Shown here piece after piece: positions 28,633 to 39,781 of a DNA stretch of 64,000 bases. The position numbers and the translations under genes are program-made. The stretch spans positions 1-64,000 of IMG/VR virus record IMGVR_UViG_3300006143_000333. One strand, given 5' to 3'. The number at the start of each line of letters is the position of its first letter. Position 1 is the stretch's first letter. Source of the DNA: a virus (lineage: Duplodnaviria > Caudoviricetes). The notes under the pieces were generated by a model. The model was not told where the DNA came from and ran no database searches. It saw nothing but the letters and a program-made list of their open reading frames with translations.

Positions 28633-31066
28633 GCGAGGTGGTTATATGGATTATAAGGAATGGGAATCTTTAAAAACTGGAGATAGAGTAAAAAGACTTT
28701 TTGAAGGCGCAGGAACCATTATCACAAGTTGTGGCGTTGGACGTGTGGTTAAATTTGATAATGGAACCACTAAAAGAATTATGGATGGTGATTTGCACAG
28801 AATCAAATCATAGTAGAGGAGTTGTTATGAGTAGAGTAAACAAAACGAAAAACAGACTGATGGAAATCTGGAATGATTTAGATGAAGCGTATGAACGCAT
28901 GGAGAGGTCATTAGAGAAACTTTCTGCAATGAGTAATTTATCAGATGAGCTTGAGCAGGAAATAAATAATTTTGATATTTCTGCAATATCAAGTTTAAAA
29001 CAGCACGTAGAAATGTTACTTGGAAATGAAGCGTTTGAGGTGTGAAAGGATAACTATATGAATAATGACAATAAATTTAAGAATCTTATTGTAGATGCGT
29101 ACAATAAAGCGAAGGAAGGAAATCTTGTAGGAATTGTATATAGTGCGGCTTCTACATACGGATTTAGAGATTTAATAGATGTAAATGGATTTGTAGAGAA
29201 TATTAATTCTGATATGCTATATTTGAAATCTAAACTGACAGATACAGAGGTTGATATTTATAAATGGGAACTGGAATACTATAAGATTAAAAGTAGTGAA
29301 AGTACAATTTATGTTAAGTTGAAGAACAAAATGGAAGTTGCGTTGATGTATTAGACAATAAATGTCTGATTTCAAGGAAGAATTGAGGTAAAATATATGA
29401 ACTTAGTTGGAAAAAATGTTGCAATAATGCGTTTATGCATGGTAGGTAATACACCAACAAAAGTAGATGAAGAATATATTGGAACAGCACTAAGAAAAGT
29501 GGTTAAAATTGTTCATGAATTTGATGATGGATTATTTTTGACTGATTTCTTTATGCCAGAACATATTGATAAGAAAAATGACTATTGTCATTATGGCTTT
29601 TTGGTGTTGGATCGACATAATTTTGAAACAATTAATTCTTAGAGAAGGTGGATAATATGATTGAAATAAAAAAGAAAAGCGAACTTAAAGGTGCAGAAAA
29701 GTATGGTGATTGTAATAGCTGCTCAAAAAGGAGTGGTGAAACGGATCTGTACCAGATAGAATTCCATTATGATGATTCCACAAAAAATCATACTGTCAAC
29801 TTGTGTTTTGATTGTATGTGTGAATTAGGAAATATGATTTATGAAATATATCAATCTGAGACTGAAAATGTGGAAAGGTAGATGTTATGACAAAGAATGA
29901 ATTAATTGAGAAATTAGAATCTGTTGAAGGTAATCCTATAATTTTATTGAGCGATGCTGAATTAGGATTCATAAAATTAAACAGTGTAAGATTAGAGAAA
30001 ATGCATCAGTCAAATGATGATTTGGAAAGTTTTGTAACTGATTTTTCATTTATGTCGGAAATAGGTTTGAATACATTTTATCACGATAACTACAATGAAA
30101 AAACTGAGGAATGTATTGTGCTTGATATATCATAAAGCGTCTTGAAATTCGATTTTCATTGGGAGGTTAATCAATATGGAAAATTTGTTTGATAATAAAA
30201 CAGATAAAGAATTAAAGTTATATTTCTCTCAGTTCCAAGAATGGGAGAAGACGGGTGTAATTCCAGATAATGAGTTAGGAAAAATGCGAGATGCTTATTT
30301 TGATAAGTTGGGAGTTGGATGGCATACTGTATGTATGATAGATTTATTGAGAACAATCGCTTTTAGATGGGCAGGAAATAACTGATATGAGGGGCATAAT
30401 AATGATTACATGGAAATGTTTATATAAATTAGATAAAGAAGAATTGGTAGGAATAGTAAATGACATCAAGAACGGTGAAAGTTACACTATTTCTGGATGG
30501 GAAGATACATATCCGACAGATAATGATATTTTGAAATATGCTGCCAGATGTGGAGTGAGGTGATTATATGGATAATCCATTTAGAAGTCAATTATGGCAA
30601 CAAACAATCAGGAATAAAAACAAACTTACTCGTCATGAATTTTGTATGAGTATGACTGATCCGAATGGAACATTTGTGAAGTTGGAAGAAATAAATGAAA
30701 TGATTACAGATGGGATTTTGACAGTTGATTTTGATAAATTGGAGCAGAGGATATTTGGTAGAACTGTTGTAAAATGTGGATAAAGTTGGAGGGTTTAGTA
30801 TGGACTTAGATAATACACAGGATATAGAATTGTTACGAATTATTTGTAAAAAATATATGATTAAAATGAAAAAGGATTATGCATATCAAGATCCTTTTGA
30901 TGATTTTGAGTACATATTTAAAAAGGGTTTTTGGTATCCATTTGAACAGGATTCATATGGAGTCACTTTATACTCAGGTGACGAATGTGAGATTAAGGAA
31001 ACTTTTAGTTACAGTGGAGCAGAAGAATATTTTGAGGAATGGACTTGAAATCCGGTTTTTATTGAA

Positions 31067-32173
31067 ATGAAAGAGGGTTTACAAATGATGAGTAAATATT
31101 TTTGGAAAAGAAAAATTATTTATAAAGAATATAGTGATTCCGATTTGAATGCAAGTTATACAAGACTGGGGAGTCCAGTAAAAGAAGGAGAAATTACTTT
31201 AAATTCATTACGTTTGGCACGTTATATTGTCGATAGTATGATTACTCAACAAAAATGTTTTTCGTTGGCAAATATAGAAATTCTAAGCTGGATTTTACAA
31301 CTGGGAATTATGACATGTGAAGATAAAGATGGATATTTAAAATTGACACCTGAGATAAAAAGTGGTATTTTTCGTGATTTTTCTAATACAGCAAGATGCG
31401 GAGAATTAGCACAGGGAATTAATTTGTATTTGGCTAAAGAGGTACTTGGTGCGTTGAGTATTTGTGACTATACCACTTATTTAGTTGATCGTAATATAGT
31501 AGTTTCTGGTCAGACTCCAGATTATGTTTTAATTTATGATAATAAAATTGGAATCATGGAATCGAAAGGTGATTATCAAAATGATTATCCTACGCAGGTG
31601 TTACGAAAAGCAAAAAAAACACAATGTAAGGCGGGGAAAGATCTTTTTAACAAAAATGGATTGATATGTAATAATGGATATGCGAGTGTTGTGAAATTTA
31701 TATCTAAAGATTGTAAAGATACAATACAGAATAAACCTCGTGAGATTAGCATTCATTATGGCGATCCCCAATATGATATGAAAGATAAGAGAATTGATAT
31801 TCATGAAATAAGAAAAGAGTACTCAAAATGGTTTGATATTATGGGCAGAGAAAAGGATGCGTGTAAGCTAAAAACCAATAGTCCTATTGAATTTGAATAC
31901 AACAGATATAATATCCAAAATGGATTTGTGCCTATTAATAGATTATCATATGAAAATGATGAGATTTCATTTGATTTAGAAATGGGAATATCATCTGAAT
32001 TGGTCACATTATTAACCCAAAAAGATGTGACAGCAGAGGCATTTATTGATTTAAAAATGAAAAATAAAGATTCTTTTCAAAGTTTTAATGTTTTAGATGA
32101 TAATACATTTATAGATATTAATATTGACGGTACATATATTAAGGTTATGATACATGATGATATTTCGCGATAG
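31067..32173 (+). CDS. Putative PD-(D/E)xK nuclease-like protein, bracketed by sites 31046 and 32208
   Basis: GELAQG...TPDYV...IMESKG motif spacing. Confidence 0.5.
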   Translation: MKEGLQMMSKYFWKRKIIYKEYSDSDLNASYTRLGSPVKEGEITLNSLRLARYIVDSMITQQKCFSLANIEILSWILQLGIMTCEDKDGYLKLTPEIKSGIFRDFSNTARCGELAQGINLYLAKEVLGALSICDYTTYLVDRNIVVSGQTPDYVLIYDNKIGIMESKGDYQNDYPTQVLRKAKKTQCKAGKDLFNKNGLICNNGYASVVKFISKDCKDTIQNKPREISIHYGDPQYDMKDKRIDIHEIRKEYSKWFDIMGREKDACKLKTNSPIEFEYNRYNIQNGFVPINRLSYENDEISFDLEMGISSELVTLLTQKDVTAEAFIDLKMKNKDSFQSFNVLDDNTFIDINIDGTYIKVMIHDDISR

Positions 32174-32651
32174 AAAATATATGAGATTGCACTTATACAA
32201 AATTAATTGAAATGTTGCTTTCAAGTGGAGGTAGAATAGTGGATAATTTTAAATTATTTAAGGATATATCAGATGAAGAAATGTTGGAAATGTATAAAGA
32301 TATTTTAGGAAGTAAAGAAATGGGGTTGCGACCCAGAAGTTTAGATTCATATGCAAAACAGTTAAAAGAAACTTGTCGTTTTGAAATGTTATCCCAAGCG
32401 ACAAATTTTGTGATTGAACTTTTTTATGAAGAAGTTGCACTGAGATATTTTAGGAATATAAACGGATGAAAAAATGATGTTTTAAGTGGAGAAAAAAATA
32501 TGATTTACTTGGATTGTGGTAATATGGATATAAGATATGATGAAAAAGAAAAGCGGTTTTAGATCATAAATTTTGTTGACTTGTATATAATAACGGCATA
32601 TAATATAAGTACAGTAAATAGTACGGTTTTAAGTACGTAGAGAGGTGCGCT

Positions 32652-32909
32652 ATGATTGCAACGAAACAGATGGATGTAAGAGCAAATATAAAAAAATATT
32701 TCGACATGGCGTTTGATGGGGAGCCAGTGATTGTTTCCCGTAAAGAGAATAAAAATGTTGTTATAATATCTGAAGCAGAATATAACGAATTATCAAAAGC
32801 TAAGAAGAATGCTGAATATCTAGCAAAATTGAATAAGGCAGATGAACAGATTAAAAACGGTCAGGTGGTAACAAAAACTATGGATGAGCTTCTGGCAATG
32901 GAGGAATAG
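32652..32909 (+). CDS. yefM: Phd/YefM family antitoxin
   Basis: VRANIKKYFD...EPVIVSR...VVIISEAEYN; GTAC repeats in promoter. Confidence 0.85.
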   Translation: MIATKQMDVRANIKKYFDMAFDGEPVIVSRKENKNVVIISEAEYNELSKAKKNAEYLAKLNKADEQIKNGQVVTKTMDELLAMEE

Positions 32910-32912
32910 TCT

Positions 32913-33176
32913 ATGAAAATCACTTTTGCAGAAGATGGATGGAGTGAATATCTCTATTGGCAGACTCAGGATAAAAAGACAGTAAAGAAGATAAACCAGT
33001 TATTGCAAAGTATAGAACGGGATGGTGTATTACAAGGTATAGGTAAGCCAGAACCATTAAAATATGGGAAGTCGGGATCATTTAGTAGACGAATAGATGA
33101 AGCGAATCGCTTGGTTTATGAAGTTTCTGATGACCAAATTATTGTAAAATCATGCAAAGGACATTATGATGATTGA
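32913..33176 (+). CDS. yoeB: Txe/YoeB family toxin
   Basis: YLYWQTQDKK...GIGKPEPLK...SRRIDEANRLVY...GHY. Confidence 0.9.
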   Translation: MKITFAEDGWSEYLYWQTQDKKTVKKINQLLQSIERDGVLQGIGKPEPLKYGKSGSFSRRIDEANRLVYEVSDDQIIVKSCKGHYDD

Positions 33177-33227
33177 TAGTAGGGATTGAGAATAGATCAA
33201 TCCCTATAGTTAAATTTGAAGAAGTAA

Positions 33228-33716
33228 TTGATGAAAATAATGGAGGAAAATATTATGAGTAAATTTAAAGCATTAGATGTTGGGAAACCTTTTATACAGC
33301 CAGAGAGTCCGTTTTTCTTATTGACGGAAGATTCTGATGGGAATGTGTCTTATTGTTGGTGGGATAATGAAGAAGGACTTCAGGAAGATGCTGTTGAGAG
33401 AAGGGGATCGGGAGAACGGATTATTTGTGCAATTGAGATTTCTTCATGTAGAAATGTGGAAATTCCTCCTGAGTATACTGTGGATGATTTTATAGAGGAA
33501 GTCAATTCTGCTTATGATGATGCAAAAGAAAGAGGATTTGACAGTATTGTTTTAGCGATAGAAACAGATACGGAACAAACATATTATATCAATGACACAG
33601 AAGATGGATTCCAGTGTGATGAATTTGATTATTGCTTTGAAGATTTGGATTCCATTGCAGAAGCATTATTTAATGAGAAAATTATTGGAAAACCTGTGGA
33701 GATTAGAATTGAGTAA
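33228..33716 (+). CDS. Hypothetical acidic protein
   Basis: ORF track. Confidence 0.6.
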   Translation: MMKIMEENIMSKFKALDVGKPFIQPESPFFLLTEDSDGNVSYCWWDNEEGLQEDAVERRGSGERIICAIEISSCRNVEIPPEYTVDDFIEEVNSAYDDAKERGFDSIVLAIETDTEQTYYINDTEDGFQCDEFDYCFEDLDSIAEALFNEKIIGKPVEIRIE

Positions 33717-33739
33717 TTTTATGAAAGGAAGTGAAATAG

Positions 33740-34948
33740 ATAAAGGTAAATAGAACAGAACAACACAAAATAAAACCTGATTCTGATTTTACCAAATTCA
33801 TTGACGAATACTGTTTCAAGTCAAAAAATCTTTACAACTATGCTAATTATATTATCCGTCAGGAATTTATCAACAACAATAACTGGATCAGATATAACAA
33901 GTTATTTGAGTTGGTAAAAGAATCAGAACCATACAAAGATTTAGGAAGTAATGTAGGACAAGGAACGCTCAGAATACTTGATAAAGCATGGAAATCATTT
34001 TTTAAAGCCATCAAAGATTGGTCAAAGAATCCATCAAAGTATCTTGGCAGACCCAAACTTCCAAAATATAGACCAAAAGACGGAAGATTTATATTGTCTC
34101 TTGATAGTAATAAAGTCAAGTTGAAAGGTGAATATGTATATTTTGCGTGGAAACCATTTAAGCAATTCAATCATCGGTTCAGGACAAATGCTAAAGAGAG
34201 AATATTACAGTGTAGATTCATTCCGAAAGCTGGTCATTATGTGATGGAAATTGTTTATGAGATGGAAGTTCCTGATTGTGTGGATTCTTCTGAGCGTGTA
34301 GCTGCTATCGACATAGGAGTTGATAATTTCATAACTATGGTAAACAACATAGGCGAGGAACCTATCGCTGTTAAAGGTGGAGTCATCAAGTCTATCAATC
34401 AGTTTTACAATAAGCAAAAAGCAGAAATACAATCAGAATTGAAGAAGACAAATAAGCATGATTGGTCAAAGCGATTACGGAAACTTACAGACAAGCGATA
34501 TGGGATGATTAAATATCAGATGCATTGTATCAGCAAGTATGTGATTGATTGGTGTGTTTTGTATGGCATTGATACTCTGATTGTGGGGCACAATGACGAA
34601 TGGAAACAAAAGAATAAAGGTATGCAGAATTTTACTTACATTCCTTATGATATGTTTATACAGATGCTTTCCTATAAGTGCGAGAATAATGGGATAAAAT
34701 TTGTAGAGACAGAAGAGGGATATACTTCTGGGACATCGTTTGTAGATGGAGAAGATCCTGTGAAAACCAATTATGATAAATCCAGAAGAGTTCATAGAGG
34801 TTTATTTGTAGGAAACAATGGTACACAGATAAACGCTGATGTCAACGGTGCGTATCAAATTATGAAAAAAGTAATCCCAAATGCTTTCGCAAATGGGATA
34901 GAGGGTGCAGGTTTACATCCATTGACTATTAAGAAATTGATAGCATAA
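33740..34948 (+). CDS. tnpB: TnpB RNA-guided endonuclease (IS200/IS605 family), solo; frame open from ATA 33740
   Basis: SKNLYNYANYIIRQEF upstream of the called start; AIDIGVDN, EEGYTS, RGLF, INADVNGA; no tnpA nearby. Confidence 0.9.
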   Translation: MKVNRTEQHKIKPDSDFTKFIDEYCFKSKNLYNYANYIIRQEFINNNNWIRYNKLFELVKESEPYKDLGSNVGQGTLRILDKAWKSFFKAIKDWSKNPSKYLGRPKLPKYRPKDGRFILSLDSNKVKLKGEYVYFAWKPFKQFNHRFRTNAKERILQCRFIPKAGHYVMEIVYEMEVPDCVDSSERVAAIDIGVDNFITMVNNIGEEPIAVKGGVIKSINQFYNKQKAEIQSELKKTNKHDWSKRLRKLTDKRYGMIKYQMHCISKYVIDWCVLYGIDTLIVGHNDEWKQKNKGMQNFTYIPYDMFIQMLSYKCENNGIKFVETEEGYTSGTSFVDGEDPVKTNYDKSRRVHRGLFVGNNGTQINADVNGAYQIMKKVIPNAFANGIEGAGLHPLTIKKLIA

Positions 34949-34994
34949 ATGGTAGAAATGCCAATGAATTGCTGTTTTTAAGTGGAAGTTTTGA

Positions 34995-35162
34995 ATGTTT
35001 AATAAAAATGGGAAAAGAGTGATTCGAGTTGCGATTAAACATATTATTGAATTGCCACAAAATATTTCAGATGATGAAATTGAGAAGTTTTTAGAAGAAA
35101 AGTATAATGGAAAAGAATATCAATGGTGCGACGGAGATCAAGATGTTTTTGGTGATTTTTAG
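34995..35162 (+). CDS. 55-aa protein, single-gene cassette; paralog of 37401-37568
   Basis: MFNKNGKRVIRVAIKHIIELPQNISDDEIEKFLEEKYNGKEYQWCDGDQDVFGDF. Confidence 0.65.
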   Translation: MFNKNGKRVIRVAIKHIIELPQNISDDEIEKFLEEKYNGKEYQWCDGDQDVFGDF

Positions 35163-35479
35163 AAATGAAAGGCTGGATTTATTGATTGGAGGAAAAGATG
35201 GTAAGAGTAAATAGATGTGGAAAAATGGAAGATAGATTTATTAATGGCTGGTGTAAGGAATGCGAATCAACTTGCGAGATGGATGAAGGACAAATGATTG
35301 ATAAAAGGATATATGATTATGCTATGAGACATGGCTTACTATCATGTGGGATGTTTTCAATAAGTAATTTTAAAAATTATTTTGAAAATCATCCATGTAT
35401 TGATAAAGAACCAAAATACATACAGAATTATTTAAAAACAATAGAATTCTAGTTTTGTGGTATAGGTAGGGATAATATT

Positions 35480-36013
35480 ATGGAGAAGATAGCGAGGTTT
35501 AAGGATATTCCGCAGTTTACGACAAGTGGTAATTGGCAGTGCGATTTTGAACCTGTTGGTTTGATAAAATTTATAGATGAACAAGTATCCGAAGAAGGAT
35601 TACAACTTAATCCTAAGTTTCAAAGAGGACACGTCTGGTCAAGTAAACAGCAAATAGCATACATTGAATATTTTTTGAAAGGTGGAAAATCTGGAACAGT
35701 AATTTATTTAAATAAACCTGATTGGAATATTAATATGCCAGTTGGCGAATATAATGAATTTGTATGTGTTGATGGTTTGCAACGTATTACAGCATTTCGG
35801 AGATTTATAAACAATGAAATTAAAATATTTGATTCGTATTTTAGAGAATATACTGATAAATTGCGAATGAAATTTACAATTAAGGTTAATATAAATGATT
35901 TGAAATCAGAAAAAGAAGTGTTACAATGGTATGTGGATATGAATGCTGGCGGAACACCACATACAAGTGGCGAGATTGAAAAAGTAAGAAAAATGATTCA
36001 AGAACTTGGATAA
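35480..36013 (+). CDS. Stand-alone DUF262 domain protein
   Basis: LNPKFQRGHVW, VDGLQR, MNAGGTPH. Confidence 0.85.
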   Translation: MEKIARFKDIPQFTTSGNWQCDFEPVGLIKFIDEQVSEEGLQLNPKFQRGHVWSSKQQIAYIEYFLKGGKSGTVIYLNKPDWNINMPVGEYNEFVCVDGLQRITAFRRFINNEIKIFDSYFREYTDKLRMKFTIKVNINDLKSEKEVLQWYVDMNAGGTPHTSGEIEKVRKMIQELG

Positions 36014-36023
36014 TTAGTGATAT

Positions 36024-36779
36024 ATGCGAGGTGCAGATATGAATAATCTTACGAATAAAGAGTTTTTATATTTCCTTTTAGAAAGATGCAAAATAGAAAG
36101 AGAAAAATTTGACAGATCCGGCGTGTATGCATATACACAACGTTTACTTGCCTATAACTCAAATAAGATTGAGGGTAGCACACTTACTGAGGAGCAAACT
36201 GCTTCACTGTTTGATAATGGAATTCTACCTAAATCTGATGATTATTATAGGGCAAAAGATGTTGAGGAAATGAATGGGCATTTTCTCATGTTTAATAAAA
36301 TGTTGGATACATTGGATGAACCGTTATCACAGGAACTAATAAAACAATTTCATTATGAGTTAAAGTCTGGAGTATTTGAGGATAGGGCTAATGGATATGC
36401 AATTGGTGATTATAAGCAGCGTCCTAATATGATAGGTATGTATCAAACTGTAAGACCAGAAGATGTTGCTCAAGAAATTTATTTACTAATGGATTGGTAT
36501 GATGGTCAGGCAATAAATATTTCTGTATTAGCTGAGTTTCATGCAAGATACGAGAGCATTCATCCTTTCCAAGACGGGAATGGTAGGACGGGAAGATTGA
36601 TTCTCTTTAGGGAGTGCTTGAAGAATGGTGTTGTGCCGGTTGTGATTGAAGATTCAAATAGAAATGAGTATCTGGAGGCATTAAAAGAATATAGAGAAGA
36701 AAAATCTTTGAATAAGCTGATTGAGTTGTTTAAAAAAGAGCAGCAATTTTATCTTGAGAAGTGCAACTATTTTATGTGA
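36024..36779 (+). CDS. Fic family protein
   Basis: HPFQDGNGRTGR; YNSNKIEG inhibitory motif. Confidence 0.9.
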   Translation: MRGADMNNLTNKEFLYFLLERCKIEREKFDRSGVYAYTQRLLAYNSNKIEGSTLTEEQTASLFDNGILPKSDDYYRAKDVEEMNGHFLMFNKMLDTLDEPLSQELIKQFHYELKSGVFEDRANGYAIGDYKQRPNMIGMYQTVRPEDVAQEIYLLMDWYDGQAINISVLAEFHARYESIHPFQDGNGRTGRLILFRECLKNGVVPVVIEDSNRNEYLEALKEYREEKSLNKLIELFKKEQQFYLEKCNYFM

Positions 36780-36817
36780 GATTAGGATGAATGTTCAGTT
36801 TTAAGGGGATATAATAT

Positions 36818-37369
36818 ATGAGGATGGATATAATAGCTACTGCTATTGAAGATGCAATTGAGAAAAGATGTTTTTTACCAGCTTTGTCATTATCGTTGGT
36901 TATACCTGATATTTGTGCTAAATATGATTATCCTGATATCTATAAAAAGAAATCTGATTACAAAGGATATAAAGGACAAGGTGCTGCATATGCTAAATGG
37001 TATGATGAAAACATTGGAAATTATGATATTGATCCGAAGACAGGTATAGGATTAATTGATGGTAGAAGTTGCTGGAAATTAAGATGCGAGTTTTTACATA
37101 GTGGTAGCATTGATCTTGATAATTTTATGAGCGTAGATGATAAACATATAACATTTAAGTTGATTTCATCTAGATATTCTGATTTAAAATGGACAATAGG
37201 CGGATGCTCTGCAGTTGCATATAGTGAGAATAAAAAGAAACAGGATATTGAGCTGGATATAGTAAATTTATGTGGGAAAATATTAGCTGTTCTAAGACAT
37301 TCTTATTTAACTGACGATAATTTTATAAAAGCAACGGAGAATAAAGCTTTAAACTATATAGAACAATAG
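36818..37369 (+). CDS. Putative HEPN-like protein bracketed by sites 36788 and 37374
   Basis: All-helical; ALSLSLVIPDIC and LRCEFLHSG (Rx4H). Confidence 0.5.
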   Translation: MRMDIIATAIEDAIEKRCFLPALSLSLVIPDICAKYDYPDIYKKKSDYKGYKGQGAAYAKWYDENIGNYDIDPKTGIGLIDGRSCWKLRCEFLHSGSIDLDNFMSVDDKHITFKLISSRYSDLKWTIGGCSAVAYSENKKKQDIELDIVNLCGKILAVLRHSYLTDDNFIKATENKALNYIEQ

Positions 37370-37400
37370 CGAATAAAAGTGAAATTTCATGAGGTGTGTG

Positions 37401-37568
37401 ATGATTTTAAATAATGGATATAGAAAGATAAAGTATTGTGTGGTTAAAGAAATAGAAGTCAATGAAAACTTGTCAGGATCAGAAATAGACGATTATATTG
37501 AAAATATTGCAGAAGGAAAAGATTACGTGTGGTGTGATGCTGATGAGAATTTATTAGACATGAAATAA
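37401..37568 (+). CDS. 55-aa protein, single-gene cassette; paralog of 34995-35162
   Basis: MILNNGYRKIKYCVVKEIEVNENLSGSEIDDYIENIAEGKDYVWCDADENLLDMK. Confidence 0.65.
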   Translation: MILNNGYRKIKYCVVKEIEVNENLSGSEIDDYIENIAEGKDYVWCDADENLLDMK

Positions 37569-37605
37569 CTATTTTATCATGTAAAGATGAGAGGACTGAA
37601 AGAAA

Positions 37606-37851
37606 TCAGTCCTCTTTTTGATGAAGAACAGGATCGTTTGTACGCCCAACAAGATAATCAATTGAAACATCAAAATAATCAGCAAGTTTGATTAACATAT
37701 CTAAGCTTGGTTTTTTGTTTCCGTTTTCAAAATTACCAATAGTACCCCTTGTGGTTTCAATTTCTTTACCAAGCTGCTCCATAGTAAGTTTTTTGGAAGT
37801 CCTTAATTCTTTTAGTCTTTCAGAAAAACTAGGGAAAAAGAAAAAAAACAT
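37606..37851 (-). CDS. XRE-family repressor (CI-like)
   Basis: RLKELR...TMEQLG...FENGNKKPS...LADYFDVSIDYLVGR; divergent from a Cro-like gene. Confidence 0.85.
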   Translation of the reverse strand: MFFFFFPSFSERLKELRTSKKLTMEQLGKEIETTRGTIGNFENGNKKPSLDMLIKLADYFDVSIDYLVGRTNDPVLHQKED

Positions 37852-37862
37852 AAAATCACCTC

Positions 37863-37914
37863 TTGACAAAAGTATTCTGATAGAATACAATAAATATGTA
37901 TTCAAACGGAATAC
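37863..37914 (+). promoter_or_regulatory. Promoter with two GTATTC-N5-GAATAC operators
   Basis: TTGACA..TACAAT; palindromes at 37872-37888 and 37898-37914. Confidence 0.75.
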
Positions 37915-37935
37915 ATAACTGGAAAGGAGATAATT

Positions 37936-38151
37936 ATGACCCAGCTAAAACAAATCCGTTTGAAGAATAAATGGACTCAACAGTATGTGGCTGATAGAAT
38001 TGGAATTACAAAGTCAGCATATTCAAACATTGAAAATCAAAATAGGAATCCATCATTAAAAGTAGCCTTACAATTACAAAAATTGTTTGGTTTATCAATT
38101 GAAAAACTAATGGAAAATGAGAATAGCAACTCTTCACCGACCAAAGTTTAG
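37936..38151 (+). CDS. Cro-like XRE regulator
   Basis: WTQQYVADRIGITKSAYSNIEN..RNPSL. Confidence 0.85.
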   Translation: MTQLKQIRLKNKWTQQYVADRIGITKSAYSNIENQNRNPSLKVALQLQKLFGLSIEKLMENENSNSSPTKV

Positions 38152-38226
38152 AAGTTGCCATTCGCCAAATGATTTGAACTAAGTCCTAATCTTTTTTATT
38201 TTATCGTACTTTCTGGACTATTTCAA
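38121..38226 (-). ncRNA. Putative antisense RNA element C
   Basis: Minus-strand TTGAAA-17-TAAAAT; hairpin 38121-38163. Confidence 0.55.
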
Positions 38227-38365
38227 GTCGAATTTTCAAAAATCGTACCTTGATAATTTAATATTGAGTATCGCAAGTATAATTTTAGAAAAAATGTGAA
38301 AAGTTTTGTAGAAATAGTTAGTGGAACTGTTGATCAAAACTTATTTACAGAAAGGAAATGATAGA

Positions 38366-39331
38366 ATGAGAATTAAAGAGAAACAAAACGAAAACATTAT
38401 CGCTGATAGGAGTATTAGAGATAAGTGTGCAGAGCATTATGAGGTATTAGAAAAAGTCAAAAAGTTGTTACTTATTTCAGGAACAGATTTTGCAGTAATT
38501 GCACAGGTTGCAGATTATTATGGAACTGGCTTAGAGGCAATAGCTTCATTGGTAAAAGATAATCGAGAAGAACTTTTGGAAGATGGATTGGTTAATGCTT
38601 CTGGGCAAGAAACGAAAGAAATTTTAGCAAAGTCCTCAAAGAACTTTGCTAATGAGAGAGGCTATTTTGTATGTGATGGAATTAAATTTAATCATAGAAA
38701 TAACTTATTATTTCCTCGTAGAGCGATTTTACGTGTAGGAATGTTGCTTAGAGATTCTGAAGTTGCAAAGGAAGTTCGGACACAGTTACTAAATATAGAA
38801 GAAAAAGCTTCTGATGAAACTAAGACACAAGATATTGACGAAGAACAGAGTCTTATGTTATCGGTAGGAATGGCAGTTGCAAGTGGTGACGCAACGGCAG
38901 TAGCAGTGGCTTCTGCAAAGTTGGTAGAATTTAAAAATCGCCACATCCAGAAATTAGAAAATGATAACAAAGCTCTTGCTGAAGGAATTCTTGAATGGAA
39001 AGACAGGAATAAACTTAACGCTGGTATCAGGAAGCTTGCTGCTGTGACAGGAATTCATTTTAGCAAGATGTGGAATGAATTATATAAGAATCTTCAGTAT
39101 AAGTATGGGATCTGTGTAAAGCAGAGAGGAGGTACTCCATATATACAGTGGATTGACGAGTCTGAGTGGGCTGATGTAATGAAAACATTTTGTGCTATGT
39201 GTGAAGCATATGAACAGTCGCCAACAGAGATGTTACAACAGAGTACACCATTACAAAATTTAAAGCAAAATGATAAGCTAAAGGGTATGGCAGCTTTGAA
39301 TGATTTAAAAGCAAGGCGGATAAGTGTTTAA
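38366..39331 (+). CDS. Phage antirepressor-like DNA-binding protein
   Basis: VADYY...FPRRAILRVGMLLRDSEVAKEVRTQLL; follows the cI/cro pair. Confidence 0.65.
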   Translation: MRIKEKQNENIIADRSIRDKCAEHYEVLEKVKKLLLISGTDFAVIAQVADYYGTGLEAIASLVKDNREELLEDGLVNASGQETKEILAKSSKNFANERGYFVCDGIKFNHRNNLLFPRRAILRVGMLLRDSEVAKEVRTQLLNIEEKASDETKTQDIDEEQSLMLSVGMAVASGDATAVAVASAKLVEFKNRHIQKLENDNKALAEGILEWKDRNKLNAGIRKLAAVTGIHFSKMWNELYKNLQYKYGICVKQRGGTPYIQWIDESEWADVMKTFCAMCEAYEQSPTEMLQQSTPLQNLKQNDKLKGMAALNDLKARRISV

Positions 39332-39538
39332 AATTACATATGGTCAGTATGTATAAAAGCATACTGACCAATATAGAAACCATAATTTTATCTTTGATAT
39401 TAGCCAGTTTAGCATAGAAAAATCCTTATTTCTATACTAAAAATATGGAAGCAATGGATAAAACTGTAATATGATCAACCATCTATAAGTGTAAAAGCGT
39501 GTAAAATAGGCATTTCTGCATATGAAAATAAGATAAAA

Positions 39539-39781
39539 TTATGGTTTCATCTGTTTTAATAAAAGCTGCATTTGAGGATCGTCAGATGTCAATATTTCAA
39601 TTGGTGAACATTCTAGTTCTTTGCAAATTGACTCAAGTATTTCAAATTTTATAGATGTTGATGTCCCTTTATATATATTATCAATAGTAGGATAGGTAAC
39701 ACCGATACGTTTTGCCAGCTCATATCGAGTCATGCCTTTTTCTTTTAATTTGTTTTGTATAAATATTTTCATATATACCAA
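39539..39781 (-). CDS. XRE/Cro-like HTH regulator
   Basis: MTRYELAKRIGVTYPTI...LESICKELEC. Confidence 0.85.
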   Translation of the reverse strand: MVYMKIFIQNKLKEKGMTRYELAKRIGVTYPTIDNIYKGTSTSIKFEILESICKELECSPIEILTSDDPQMQLLLKQMKP

